Below the pieces are notes generated by a model that did no database searches, was not told where the DNA came from, and saw only the letters and a program-made list of their open reading frames with translations. From positions 83,412-147,411 of the forward strand of contig CAWGWZ010000002.1 in the NCBI GenBank assembly GCA_963826305.1: DNA of 64,000 bases. Direction: 5' to 3'. Position numbers and translations under genes: made by a program. Source of the stretch: an uncultured delta proteobacterium. GTDB taxonomy: Bacteria; Desulfobacterota; BSN033; UBA1163. This document shows, piece by piece, positions 25,911-35,605 of this stretch. Every line of letters begins with the position of its first letter. The first letter of the stretch is position 1.

Positions 25911-25934
25911 AAAAGGGGGCAGGCTACTTTTTAA
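25911..25934 (+). repeat. Island junction motif, copy 6 (aaaagggggcaggctactttttaa), the most divergent copy
   Basis: With copy 5 it brackets the Zn-ribbon gene as direct repeats. Confidence 0.6.
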
Positions 25935-26008
25935 TTGAATCCCAAAATGTCAAAGAGTCTAAAAGATATTTGAAGTAATGAGAAAATTTGCCTGTGCCCT
26001 TTTTGCCC

Positions 26009-26968
26009 CTAAACGGAGGGAAATCCTTGCCAGCGGGGTTGGGCAAGGACTTCAGGGTTCAGAATACCTTCAGAGGGCTTTTTTCCGTTGAGAACGTGAA
26101 TGATGGACTGGGCCGCTTCAAGAGCCAGCCGCAAGACACATTCCCGGGTGAGGGCAGCCGTGTGAGGCGTTAGGATCACATTATCCAATTCTTTGAGCGG
26201 ATGATCTTTCTTCAGCGGCTCCTGAGCAAAAACGTCGAGTCCGGCACCAGCGATTCTCCTCTCCTTAAGGCACTGGACTAAGGCGGCCTCATCCAAGACA
26301 CCTCCCCGAGAAGTATTGACGAGAAACGCATCGGGTTTCATCCAACTGAGCTCTCTGGCACCAATTAGTCTTTGGGTGCTGGGCAAGAGGGGTATGTGAA
26401 GGGAAACGATATCCGATTCGCGGAAAAGCCTTTCCGTGTCGCAAAATTCAACCCAATCCTGAAAAACAGCCCTTGCCTCTGACGTCAAATATGGGTCGTA
26501 TCCCAGGATACGCATGCCAAAAGCCTGGTGGCAGATTCTGGCAAGCTCGGAGCCGATCCTCCCAAGGCCGATCACCCCCAAGGCCTTTCCTCTTAGATCA
26601 CGGGGAAGGTTCTTAAAACGGATATCGAAATGATCTTGCCGTACCTCCCGATCCATCAGTGGGAGACATTTGGTCAAGGCTAAAACCAAAGCTACGGTAT
26701 GCTCCACCACAGAAATGGTATTGGCTCCAGGAACACAAGTGATGAGAATCCCCATCTCCGTAGCTGCCCGGACATCAACGTTATCGACACCGGCACCTGT
26801 TCTGGAGATCACCCAGAGGTCATCAGCATGGCTCATCAATTCTCGAGTCATTCTTATTCCTGTCCTGAGGATGATCCCCTGAACCCCTTTCATCAGGGGC
26901 AGAACCGTCTCGGGCTTTGAATCTGGCGAAAGAACAATTTCATATCCCGCTTTCTGAATGAGCTCCAT
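26009..26968 (-). CDS. D-isomer-specific 2-hydroxyacid dehydrogenase family (PGDH-like)
   Basis: GVIGLGRIGSELA Rossmann motif, the RGGVLDE and PH.A motif order, 319 aa. Confidence 0.88.
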   Translation of the reverse strand: MELIQKAGYEIVLSPDSKPETVLPLMKGVQGIILRTGIRMTRELMSHADDLWVISRTGAGVDNVDVRAATEMGILITCVPGANTISVVEHTVALVLALTKCLPLMDREVRQDHFDIRFKNLPRDLRGKALGVIGLGRIGSELARICHQAFGMRILGYDPYLTSEARAVFQDWVEFCDTERLFRESDIVSLHIPLLPSTQRLIGARELSWMKPDAFLVNTSRGGVLDEAALVQCLKERRIAGAGLDVFAQEPLKKDHPLKELDNVILTPHTAALTRECVLRLALEAAQSIIHVLNGKKPSEGILNPEVLAQPRWQGFPSV

Positions 26969-27021
26969 CGCCTCTCTCTCAATGGGCTGCGGAAGTAATA
27001 TTCGTTAAGATGATTTCCTAT

Positions 27022-27795
27022 TCATCGCAGATAACGTCCACCGTTCACGTCGATCGTGATCCCTGTAATGTAACTTGATTCGTCAGACGCTAAAAAGACC
27101 ACCACCGATGCGACCTCTTCAGGCGTCCCCAGCCGACCCAGGGGAATGGCAGAAAGAATCTTCTTTTTTTCCTGTTCGCTTTTTGCATTCCAGAGCGATT
27201 CCACCCGATCTCCTGTCAAAGTCACTGTGGGAGCGACTGCATTGACACGGATTCCTGCCTTTCCCCAATCATAGGCAAGCTGTCGGGTCAATCCTTCAAC
27301 ACCGGCCTTGGCTGCCGTATATTGAACCCCAGCGAGGGAGGCCCGCCAGTGACCTGCCAGGGCCGAAACATTCACGATGGCTCCACCGCCCTGTTTTGCC
27401 ATCTCCGGAATAACGGCCTGGCAACATAAAAAGGTTCCTTTCAGGTTGACATCGACGACAAGATTCCAGTCCTTCTCCTCAATTTCATCGAGAGGATAAG
27501 GTGTATTCAAGGCACCTCCGGCATTGTTGATGAGGATATCGACACTTCCCCAAAGTGTTTTAACCTCTTTGATCAGACCATTCACTTCAGCCTTCTGGGT
27601 GACGTCGGCTTTCTTGCCGACGACACGTCCGCCGTCTTGGTCCAATTGTCGGGCAGCTTCGACCGCGCCCTTCCCATCGATATCGATGATGGCCACCCGA
27701 GCTCCCTCCTGATACAATGCCTTGGCGATTGCAAACCCCATACCGCGGGCAGAACCCGTGACGACGGCGTTTCGATTTAAGAGGCGTTTACACAT
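27022..27795 (-). CDS. SDR family oxidoreductase (FabG-like)
   Basis: TGSARGMG (TGxxxGxG), NNAG, and YTAAK (YxxxK). Confidence 0.9.
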   Translation of the reverse strand: MCKRLLNRNAVVTGSARGMGFAIAKALYQEGARVAIIDIDGKGAVEAARQLDQDGGRVVGKKADVTQKAEVNGLIKEVKTLWGSVDILINNAGGALNTPYPLDEIEEKDWNLVVDVNLKGTFLCCQAVIPEMAKQGGGAIVNVSALAGHWRASLAGVQYTAAKAGVEGLTRQLAYDWGKAGIRVNAVAPTVTLTGDRVESLWNAKSEQEKKKILSAIPLGRLGTPEEVASVVVFLASDESSYITGITIDVNGGRYLR

Positions 27796-27813
27796 ATTGC
27801 TCTCCTTTGAATA

Positions 27814-29046
27814 TTATTTTCCGTGATCTCTCATCATCGATAAGAAGGCTTCTGTCACAGGATCGATAAATTCAGGGTCGTTGATGTGGGCGTCCAGTTC
27901 GGTCAAAGGAATCGATGAATGAAGATTTCTTTTAAGCGAATCGACAAAGGCCTGGTTTCCCTCTGGTTCCCAATGGGGCAGATTTTCTCTATCCGGATAG
28001 GAAAATCCCCTCAATGGAATGAATACGTGTACGGGCCCCTTTGCCCGGTTGAGTTTTTCTGCTACCTGTTTTCCCACACCCCGAAGTTCATCTCGATTCA
28101 GCCGGACCAGAGTAAGGTTCGGATTGTGGACGATGAGCTTCCGAGACTTCCATTCAGGGGATAGGCAGGCAAGAGGCCCCAGAACCACATAATTAATGCT
28201 TCCCGGAGCCACGACCTGTGGAATCCCGATCTCCCCCGCAGCTTCCAAACGATCGTCCCGTTCTGAGCTATGCAATCCCCCTACAAAACGATCTCCGATT
28301 TCATGGAGATTGAGATCAAGCACTCCCTTGAAAGCGCCCTCTCTGACCATATCCTCCATGGCGATGCCGCCTGTACCATTCTGGTGAAAGGTGACCACCT
28401 CAAAACCCCTGCTTTCCAGAATCCCTTTGCATCGCAATGCACCCGGCGTGGTCGTACCTAACATGGACAATGCCACTGGGATTCTTTCAGGCTTCATTCG
28501 TTTTTCTTCAAGGTTCTCCATCATCCCACAAATGGCACCTGCTGCATTTTCCAAAATGGTTTTGGTCAAAAAGTTTAATCCCTGTATATCTGCTACGGAA
28601 TGCATCATGGTGATGTCTTTGGTTCCCACAAAGGGACCAAAAGCAGCCCGACCTGAAGCAACGGTGGAAACCACCAATTTGGGGACACCTACAGGCAACT
28701 TCCGCATGGCTGCACACGCGATCTCCGTTCCTTGGGCGCCACCGATACTGATGACCCCGTTAAACTCCCCCTGCTCATACAGTTCCCGGGTGATCACCTC
28801 CGCGCCGCGAATCATATTGAGGATACACCTGGCTTTATCGCCTGTGGCCAAAGCTTCTTTGAGAGGAATGCCTCCTCGAAGGGCTACCTGATTTTGATCG
28901 ATATCGACTTTGCTATGAGGGGGAGCAAGAATTCCTGTATCCATGGTGAGGACATGAACCCCCTTGGCTTTAATCCTTTTTTCCAGGAAGAGGGCCTCCT
29001 CTTCTTTGGTGTCAAATGTCGCAATCAATAAGACTGTCTTATTCAT
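27814..29046 (-). CDS. UPF0261 / Tm-1-like ATP-binding domain protein
   Basis: N-terminus VLLIATFDTKEEEALF and overall 410-aa UPF0261-like pattern, from memory of the family. Confidence 0.7.
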   Translation of the reverse strand: MNKTVLLIATFDTKEEEALFLEKRIKAKGVHVLTMDTGILAPPHSKVDIDQNQVALRGGIPLKEALATGDKARCILNMIRGAEVITRELYEQGEFNGVISIGGAQGTEIACAAMRKLPVGVPKLVVSTVASGRAAFGPFVGTKDITMMHSVADIQGLNFLTKTILENAAGAICGMMENLEEKRMKPERIPVALSMLGTTTPGALRCKGILESRGFEVVTFHQNGTGGIAMEDMVREGAFKGVLDLNLHEIGDRFVGGLHSSERDDRLEAAGEIGIPQVVAPGSINYVVLGPLACLSPEWKSRKLIVHNPNLTLVRLNRDELRGVGKQVAEKLNRAKGPVHVFIPLRGFSYPDRENLPHWEPEGNQAFVDSLKRNLHSSIPLTELDAHINDPEFIDPVTEAFLSMMRDHGK

Positions 29047-29069
29047 GACCTCAAGCCACCAAAATTATT

Positions 29070-29143
29070 AATCCCCCTTCATCCCCCTTTAGTAAAGGGG
29101 GATTCTTCAGCCTCCCTTTCTTAGATGGAGGCGTAGAGGGATT
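29070..29143. repeat. Double REP-like palindrome (AATCCCCCTTCATCCCCCTTTAGTAAAGGGGGATT + CCTCCCTTTCTTAGATGGAGG..GAGGGATT)
   Basis: Read directly; intergenic between the UPF0261 and ADH genes. Confidence 0.8.
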
Positions 29144-29146
29144 TTT

Positions 29147-30172
29147 TTAAAAGGTCAAAACCGTTCTTCCTATTTCTCTTCTTTTTTGAATTTCCTGGAT
29201 GGCTCCGTTCGCATTTTCCCAAGAGAACCGCTTGTAAACAATGGGTTTAATCTTTCCTCTCTCGACGAGATCGATGACCTCCAAAAGTTCCTGCTTCGTG
29301 GATACTCTCGACCCGCACAGGATCCATTCATTGTAGTGCATCTCCATGGGATTGAGGGGATAGGGGCTTAAAGGATCATAACCCACCAGGACAAGTCGTC
29401 CTCGTCTTTTTAGGCAGGGAAGACTCCATCCCATGGATTGAGCAGAGCCAACGTTCTCAATCACCACATCCACACCTCTTCCCTCGGTCATTTCCATGAC
29501 CTTTTTTGAGGAACCTTCTTCTGACGAGTCAATCACAAAATCGGCACCGTGCTCAGAGGCCAATCTCAGGGGATCTTCTCTTCTTGCCACCGCAAAGACT
29601 CTGGCTCCCATCAGCTTTGCAATCTGAACCGCATGGATTCCCAATCCTCCCACACCCATGATCAATACATCCTGGCCAGCCTTCACCCCACCCATCGTTT
29701 TTAGCGCGTGATAGGGCGTGGCGACGGCATCCGGGAGGATGGCTATCTCATGGATAGAAATTCCCTCACGAAACGGACAGAAATTGTAGGCTGGCATTTT
29801 GACCAATTCGGCAAACCCTCCAGGGAGTTCAAATCCGAGACGCCGGATCGAAAAACAGACGTTCTCTCTCCCTGTCCTGCACATTTCGCAATCCTTGCAC
29901 CCGACGTAAAAATAGACGATTCCCTTCTGCCCTACCGAAACATTTTTCACGGCAGAGCCGATGGCCACCACCTCACCTGCAATTTCATGGCCCGGTGTAT
30001 GGGGGAGGGTGACAATAGGTGGTGGAATTTTCCCTGAAAGAATCTTAAGGTCCGTTCCGCAAAGACCGCAGGCTTTGACACGGAGGATAATATCAAGGGG
30101 GCCCGGTATGGGATCTGCCACATCCTCCAGCAACATATCTTTGTTATAGTCTCGAAGGACAAAGGCTTTCAT
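29147..30172 (-). CDS. Zn-dependent alcohol dehydrogenase (MDR family)
   Basis: GHEIAGEV, the structural-Zn Cys cluster (CKDCEMCRTGRENVC) and GVGGLG. Confidence 0.9.
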   Translation of the reverse strand: MKAFVLRDYNKDMLLEDVADPIPGPLDIILRVKACGLCGTDLKILSGKIPPPIVTLPHTPGHEIAGEVVAIGSAVKNVSVGQKGIVYFYVGCKDCEMCRTGRENVCFSIRRLGFELPGGFAELVKMPAYNFCPFREGISIHEIAILPDAVATPYHALKTMGGVKAGQDVLIMGVGGLGIHAVQIAKLMGARVFAVARREDPLRLASEHGADFVIDSSEEGSSKKVMEMTEGRGVDVVIENVGSAQSMGWSLPCLKRRGRLVLVGYDPLSPYPLNPMEMHYNEWILCGSRVSTKQELLEVIDLVERGKIKPIVYKRFSWENANGAIQEIQKRREIGRTVLTF

Positions 30173-30220
30173 TCAATTCCTCATTGCTCACTATTGCTCA
30201 CTGACCATTGATTATTTCAT

Positions 30221-31102
30221 CTATTCTTCAAACCCAAATGCCTTACCTGCAATCCCAAACAGTCCCGTTGGCTTGATAAGGATCACAAAGAACATGACCA
30301 CAAAGGGCGCAATATAGGAGAGGGGAGCCCATATGGTTCCCCCCACGGAGATCACCTGACCCAAAATAATGGCCGAGACCAAAGTTCCTTTGATGCTTCC
30401 GAGGCCACCCAGGATGACGGTAACAAAGGCGTATAAGAGCATATCAAATCCCATATAGGGGCCAACCATGATGAGAGGAGCATTCAAGGCCCCGCCCAGA
30501 CCCGCCAGGCCGCTTGCCACGACAAAGGTAAAGGTGAAAATTCTATAGATATTAATCCCGAGCCCCTGAACTTTATCCGGATCCTCAATCCCAGCCCGGA
30601 GCGCCCTTCCGATGATCGTCTTATTCAGAAGGAGTTGGATGAGGACATAAACTAAAGCGGCGATGCCGATAATAATCAGGCGATAAAGGGGCATGCTCAC
30701 ATCCCAGAGATCCACCATGATTTCAGTCGGTGAAGCAACGGGCTTCGGAACGAGTCCCCATACATATTGAACGATCCCGATCCCGATTAAAAAGACGCTA
30801 AAGGTCACCACCATGGTGAACATCAATTCTTGACCGTAAACCCGGCGGAGCAACATTCTCTCAACCAGAAAGCCCAAAAGAGCAGCCAGGAGCACCCCGC
30901 ACACCAATCCCAACCAGAAACTTCCGGAAAGGGTGAGCATGGTGTAGGTGACATAGGCTCCAAAGGTGTAGTAGATCATCTGCTCCATGTTCACAATTCT
31001 CATCAGACCAAACCCGATCGATATCCCCAGAGAGACAAGGAAGAGGATCCCGCTTGTGCTGATTCCGAAGACAGCCGCTCTAAAAAACATCTCCATGTCC
31101 AC
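30221..31102 (-). CDS. livH: Branched-chain amino acid ABC transporter permease (LivH type)
   Basis: 293-aa polytopic protein, LivH-like; operon context with livM, livG, livF and an SBP gene. Confidence 0.85.
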   Translation of the reverse strand: MDMEMFFRAAVFGISTSGILFLVSLGISIGFGLMRIVNMEQMIYYTFGAYVTYTMLTLSGSFWLGLVCGVLLAALLGFLVERMLLRRVYGQELMFTMVVTFSVFLIGIGIVQYVWGLVPKPVASPTEIMVDLWDVSMPLYRLIIIGIAALVYVLIQLLLNKTIIGRALRAGIEDPDKVQGLGINIYRIFTFTFVVASGLAGLGGALNAPLIMVGPYMGFDMLLYAFVTVILGGLGSIKGTLVSAIILGQVISVGGTIWAPLSYIAPFVVMFFVILIKPTGLFGIAGKAFGFEE

Positions 31103-31108
31103 GGTCTT

Positions 31109-32116
31109 CTATTGATCTCCTTTTTGATTCACAGGGCAGGATACATCTCCAAACTGGATGCTCTCTCTTTTTCTCCCAAACTTTTCGTGAATGAGTAGAT
31201 CAATATTTCCCCAGATCCCTTTCGCAAATCTGAACAGGACAATCAGAGTGAGGATGCCGACAAAGAATTCCCATCGGGTAATATATTTGCTCACCACGTC
31301 CCGAATCCCGATAAAGGCAAAAGACCCAAAAAAAGGCCCATACACGGTACCGGCTCCTCCAATGAGGGTGGCTACGAGAACCTCAGCAGCTCGATGGGGT
31401 GTCCCCAGATATGGATTCACAAAACCAAAATTGACCGCATAAAGCGCCCCTGCCAAGCAGGAAAGCATGGACGCCAAGGTGAATCCGATCCACTTAATTT
31501 TAAAGGCGCTGTAACCCAAAAATCGCATCTTTCTCTCATTCACCTTGATGGCCAGAAAGGAAATACCCAGTACGGATTGATCCATATATCGGAATAAAAT
31601 CAGGACCACGGCAAAAACTAAAAGAACAAAAAAGAAGAAATTGGCCGGCTGCCTGATATCGAGCAAAGGCGTTTCTGACATTCTTGCCCGGTACCATAAA
31701 CCGTCATCCCCCCGGGTGATGGGAAGGAGGAGCTTTTCAAAAACAAAGAGACCGATCGCGCAGATCGCTGCATTGACCAGGGCAAAATAATCCCCCCGGA
31801 GCCGTACAAAGAAAGGGCCCAGCACCACGCCTACGATCAACCCAACTCCTATGCCACAAGCGACCGAAACGAGGGGGTTATTTCCGAGGTAGGCTAAATA
31901 AATCGCTGCAGAGTAGGCCCCTACGCCGAGATAAAAAGGTTGTCCAAAGGAGACCATCCCTAAGTATCCGTAGAGGAGATTACAACCCATCACATAGATC
32001 GTAAAAATAGAAATTTCTGTGATGAAATTCATTTTGGTGGGAATCAGTATTCTTGCTACGATCAGAGCCGCCACCAGTAATAGGGGTCCCCCGATTATTC
32101 TCACACTGTTTTTCAT
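31109..32116 (-). CDS. livM: Branched-chain amino acid ABC transporter permease (LivM type)
   Basis: Polytopic, LivM-like. The start is taken at MKNSVRIIGG (32116); the track ORF extends to 32155. Confidence 0.85.
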   Translation of the reverse strand: MKNSVRIIGGPLLLVAALIVARILIPTKMNFITEISIFTIYVMGCNLLYGYLGMVSFGQPFYLGVGAYSAAIYLAYLGNNPLVSVACGIGVGLIVGVVLGPFFVRLRGDYFALVNAAICAIGLFVFEKLLLPITRGDDGLWYRARMSETPLLDIRQPANFFFFVLLVFAVVLILFRYMDQSVLGISFLAIKVNERKMRFLGYSAFKIKWIGFTLASMLSCLAGALYAVNFGFVNPYLGTPHRAAEVLVATLIGGAGTVYGPFFGSFAFIGIRDVVSKYITRWEFFVGILTLIVLFRFAKGIWGNIDLLIHEKFGRKRESIQFGDVSCPVNQKGDQ

Positions 32117-32273
32117 CTTTACCCCTACACGAATGGGTGATTCATCTTGACGCAATAAATGAAATCCCGATCATCAAATTTCAAACCCCCGACCTGTTCC
32201 CGACAGGTTCAGGAGTAAATCCAAATTCTTCTCAGTCATCAGGTCACCGGGTAATTGCTAAGGAGAGCCTATT

Positions 32274-32396
32274 ATAGTTTGCATTAGCCCCAGTATGTCA
32301 TTGCGAGGAGCGCAGCGACGGAGCAATCTTAAGGCGAGATTGCCACGCCCTACGGGCTCGCAATGACAACCTTTTGCGGTTCCGAATGCAAACTAT
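32274..32396. repeat. Nested-palindrome miniature element: core GTCATTGCGAG...CTCGCAATGAC (32297-32367) inside an outer 12-bp inverted repeat ATAGTTTGCATT/AATGCAAACTAT
   Basis: Both inverted repeats are perfect when read directly. The core also carries an inner GCAATCT/AGATTGC hairpin. Confidence 0.85.
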
Positions 32397-32532
32397 TTCA
32401 TACTCTCAGTAGTAAGTCATTCAATGAATAAAAACTTATTGACCGAATGACGCGGTATCTTACCATTTGGTGCCTGGGATTTGATCATTCTCAATATTGA
32501 TAAATTTGTAAAAACTCAAAAACCAAAAAAAT

Positions 32533-32604
32533 GTCATGTTGAACTTGATTCAGCATCTCACAAGAACAAGGACTCACAGGACCCTGAAACAAGCTCAGGG
32601 TGAC
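32533..32604. repeat. Second miniature inverted-repeat element (GTCATGTTGAACTTGATTCAGCATC ... CCCTGAAACAAGCTCAGGGTGAC)
   Basis: Imperfect terminal inverted repeat GTCA..TGA.CTTG.TTCAG, read directly. Confidence 0.65.
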
Positions 32605-32671
32605 AAATCGGGACTTTTTCCAAGAGCATTAATATTCGTATATCTGATGTCGTGTTCACTTCGATTCAACA

Positions 32672-33373
32672 TTATAGACAACTTTCGAAAACGAGGCTTT
32701 TAATATCCTGCCGATCGGTCGTCTCATTAATGATCTTTCCCTCTTTCATACAATAAACCCGATCGGCGATCTCTCCTGTCAAGGGGAGGTTTTGCTCAAT
32801 GATGGCCAGAGTTATTTTCTTGCTCATTTCCTTAAAGACGTGGGTTAAATCCGTGACAACGTGTGGGGCCAGTCCCTCGGTCGGTTCGTCCATGAGCACA
32901 AGTTCTGGATTTCCCAGAAGAGCCCTGGCGATTAAGAGCATCTGCCGTTCCCCGCCGCTCAAATGCCCGGCCTTTCTATCCATCAGGTTAGTTAATTTAG
33001 GAAAATACTGAAAGACTTTCTCCCAGTCATAATCTCGGGTGGCATAACTTCCAAGTTCCAGGTTTTCACGGACTTTCAAGTCTGCAAAAACCATCTTGTC
33101 CTGGGGAATGTATTTGACACCCGACCTTGCAATCTCGTAAGGTTTTAATGCGCCAATCTCTCTGCCTTTCAGCAAAATGGAACCGTTCTCTTTCCTTATA
33201 AAGCCAGTGATCGTTTTGAAGAGAGTCGTCTTCCCCGCCCCATTTCTTCCAACCACTACCACCACTTCTCCTGCACGAATCTCCATGGAGATCTGGAACA
33301 GGACTTTCAACTTCTTATAAGAGACATTCAATTCCCTCACCTGAAGTAATTTTTCATCTTGGAGAGAAGACAT
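32672..33373 (-). CDS. livF: Branched-chain amino acid ABC transporter ATP-binding protein (LivF type)
   Basis: GRNGAGKTT Walker A, LSGGERQML signature, LVLMDEP Walker B. Confidence 0.9.
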   Translation of the reverse strand: MSSLQDEKLLQVRELNVSYKKLKVLFQISMEIRAGEVVVVVGRNGAGKTTLFKTITGFIRKENGSILLKGREIGALKPYEIARSGVKYIPQDKMVFADLKVRENLELGSYATRDYDWEKVFQYFPKLTNLMDRKAGHLSGGERQMLLIARALLGNPELVLMDEPTEGLAPHVVTDLTHVFKEMSKKITLAIIEQNLPLTGEIADRVYCMKEGKIINETTDRQDIKSLVFESCL

Positions 33374-33396
33374 TTCTTATCCCTCGATTTCGTCCC

Positions 33397-34158
33397 TCAT
33401 ACTTTCCAGTAAACCCTTCGAACCTCTGGATCCTCAAGGGTCTCTCGTGGCAACCCGCTGGCAATGATCTTCCCTTCATGCATGACAGCAAGGCCGTCAA
33501 CAATGTCGATCAGTTTCGAAATCTTGTGTTCGACGATCAGCATCGTTTTTTGATGACTGTATTTTCTGAAGACCCGGATGACCTCATCGATTTCCAGATC
33601 ACTGAGGCCTGAAAAAGGCTCATCCAATGCCAAGACAATCGGATTTGCGACAAAAGCCATGGCGATCTCAAGCCTCCGCTTGCTTCCGAGAGAAAGATCT
33701 CCAACCCTCTCTCCGGAAAGATGGCCGAGTTCAAACATCTCCAGACTTTCATTCACCTGCTGCCGAATCTCATGATGATCCAAGTTGGAAATAAACATAT
33801 GGAAGGGGAGAGAGGACCCTCTCTTTTTTCTGTAATAAGCCAACCCCATGTTCTCATAAACCCTTAAGTTATCAAACACCCGTACGAGTTGAAATGTTCT
33901 CACAATGCCGGCGGCAACCCTCTTTTCTGGAGAATCACCCGTAATCTCTTTCCCTTCGTAAAAGACAGACCCTTCGTCCGGTGGATAAAATCCGGTGAGG
34001 AGGTTCAGGAAGGTGGTTTTCCCGGCCCCATTGGGGCCGATGATGCCTATGGTCTCATTCCTATGGATGACAAAGTCAACCCGATCTACGGCAACAAAAT
34101 CCCCAAACCGTTTCGTCACTTTTTCCGTTTTGATGACATCCAGATGAGAAGGATCCAT
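33397..34158 (-). CDS. livG: Branched-chain amino acid ABC transporter ATP-binding protein (LivG type)
   Basis: GPNGAGKTT Walker A, LSLGSKRRLEIA signature, LALDEP Walker B. Confidence 0.9.
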   Translation of the reverse strand: MDPSHLDVIKTEKVTKRFGDFVAVDRVDFVIHRNETIGIIGPNGAGKTTFLNLLTGFYPPDEGSVFYEGKEITGDSPEKRVAAGIVRTFQLVRVFDNLRVYENMGLAYYRKKRGSSLPFHMFISNLDHHEIRQQVNESLEMFELGHLSGERVGDLSLGSKRRLEIAMAFVANPIVLALDEPFSGLSDLEIDEVIRVFRKYSHQKTMLIVEHKISKLIDIVDGLAVMHEGKIIASGLPRETLEDPEVRRVYWKV

Positions 34159-34239
34159 CGTCCACCATCATAGGATTGATTGACGATCCCCTCATCCCTG
34201 TCGGAGGGCAGGAGTGAGGGGGGTTGAATAGATGCCCAA

Positions 34240-35484
34240 CTAAAACCCTAACATTTTCAAAGACGGAAGGGCTGCGTCGCCTCCAAAATAGCCTTCCACC
34301 TTGAAAAGATCCCACTTGCCTTTCTTCTCCTTTGGTTCCTTCCCCTTGACGACGAAGGCAGCATACTTTGAAACCATCTCGTGATCTTCTCTAAAATGGA
34401 CGGCTCCTTTGACGCAGGTCAGATCTTTCGACTCCATGATGGCCTTGCTGATTTTCTTTGCCTCGAAGGAACCTGCCTTTTCAATTCCTTTGAACATCAG
34501 CTCGCAGGCGATATAGGCGATCGTGCCATAGGCGTCGGGCGGCTCCCCGTGCTTTTTCATGTGGGCGGCCGTGTATTCTTTTGCCCGTTTGACAACATCT
34601 TTATCTTCAAACTTTTCCAAATCGTAGTAGTAATAGTTGAGGGCATAGAGTCCTGCCAGGGCATTTTCAGGAATTCCGCTTCCGACGACATTCGTGATCC
34701 AAGCGCTGAACATGGTCGTGTCCTTGGAAAGCCCTAATTCATAGGCCTGTTTAAAGGAGGCGATGGCATCTCCGGCAAAGAAATCGTTGTAAAAGACATC
34801 GGGTTTCATCGACTTCGCCTTATTGATGGCTGCGGTATAATCGATCGTTCCTTGAGGGCTCTCCGATAGGCCGATTACCTCTCCTCCATATTCCTTCAAG
34901 GCCTCAGCCAGGCCTTCTCGGATCGTTTTTCCCCAGGAATCAGCCCTCGAGAGGTGATAAATCTTCTTCTTTCCCATGTTTTTACTCATGATGGCCCCTC
35001 CCAGGTAGCCAATGCTCCATGGCGTAAAGGCTACAGAGAAAGTCGCATCCGCCATGTTCCCCTTTTTGAAAGAATCGATCGCCGGGACACATCCCGGAAA
35101 GAAGGGAACCGGCGTGATCTTGCATTCCTCATTGAATGCGGCCGCCATCGGGTTCCAAGTGGTTCCCGTGATACCGTTGGCCCCTTCGGCAATCAGTTCT
35201 CTGAACCGGCGAACGCCAACGTCCAGTTTTGTCTCGTCATCTTTGGTCAGAACTTCGACCTTCACTCTGCCCCAGGGCATCCTCAACCCGCCCTTCGCAT
35301 TGGTCTGATCCACGGCGAGGAGAACTCCCATTCTCTGAGTCTCTCCAACGGCAGCAAAAGTCCCACTGAGAGAAGTAATGAACCCCAATTTAAAGACCTT
35401 CGGGTTTTCCGCCGCAGCTGAGATCACTGGATTTAAAATCAGACAAGAAAAAAGAATGATCGATAAGAAAATGTTCTTTCTCAT
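34240..35484 (-). CDS. ABC transporter substrate-binding protein (LivK/type-1 periplasmic binding fold)
   Basis: Signal peptide MRKNIFLSIILFSCLILNPVISAAA; 414 aa; leads the liv-type operon. Confidence 0.85.
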   Translation of the reverse strand: MRKNIFLSIILFSCLILNPVISAAAENPKVFKLGFITSLSGTFAAVGETQRMGVLLAVDQTNAKGGLRMPWGRVKVEVLTKDDETKLDVGVRRFRELIAEGANGITGTTWNPMAAAFNEECKITPVPFFPGCVPAIDSFKKGNMADATFSVAFTPWSIGYLGGAIMSKNMGKKKIYHLSRADSWGKTIREGLAEALKEYGGEVIGLSESPQGTIDYTAAINKAKSMKPDVFYNDFFAGDAIASFKQAYELGLSKDTTMFSAWITNVVGSGIPENALAGLYALNYYYYDLEKFEDKDVVKRAKEYTAAHMKKHGEPPDAYGTIAYIACELMFKGIEKAGSFEAKKISKAIMESKDLTCVKGAVHFREDHEMVSKYAAFVVKGKEPKEKKGKWDLFKVEGYFGGDAALPSLKMLGF

Positions 35485-35605
35485 GGTACCCCTCCTTGGT
35501 CATGATGCGGTTTCTAAAATGATCCCCGCTCTAAAAAGGATTTTCAAAAAGAGAAGAGTTTTGATTTTTCGATCTCCACCTCCTTTCTCCAATCGGAGGG
35601 CTGGC

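Noticed and set aside
18111-25934. Junction-motif copies as a CRISPR array or as classical integron attC sites
   Set aside because: Spacing is 0.1-4.3 kb and contains whole genes, so it is not a CRISPR array. The motif has no imperfect-palindrome structure and no R''/R' GTTRRRY cores, and no integrase lies in the window, so it is not a canonical integron. It is kept as an unexplained motif in the findings.
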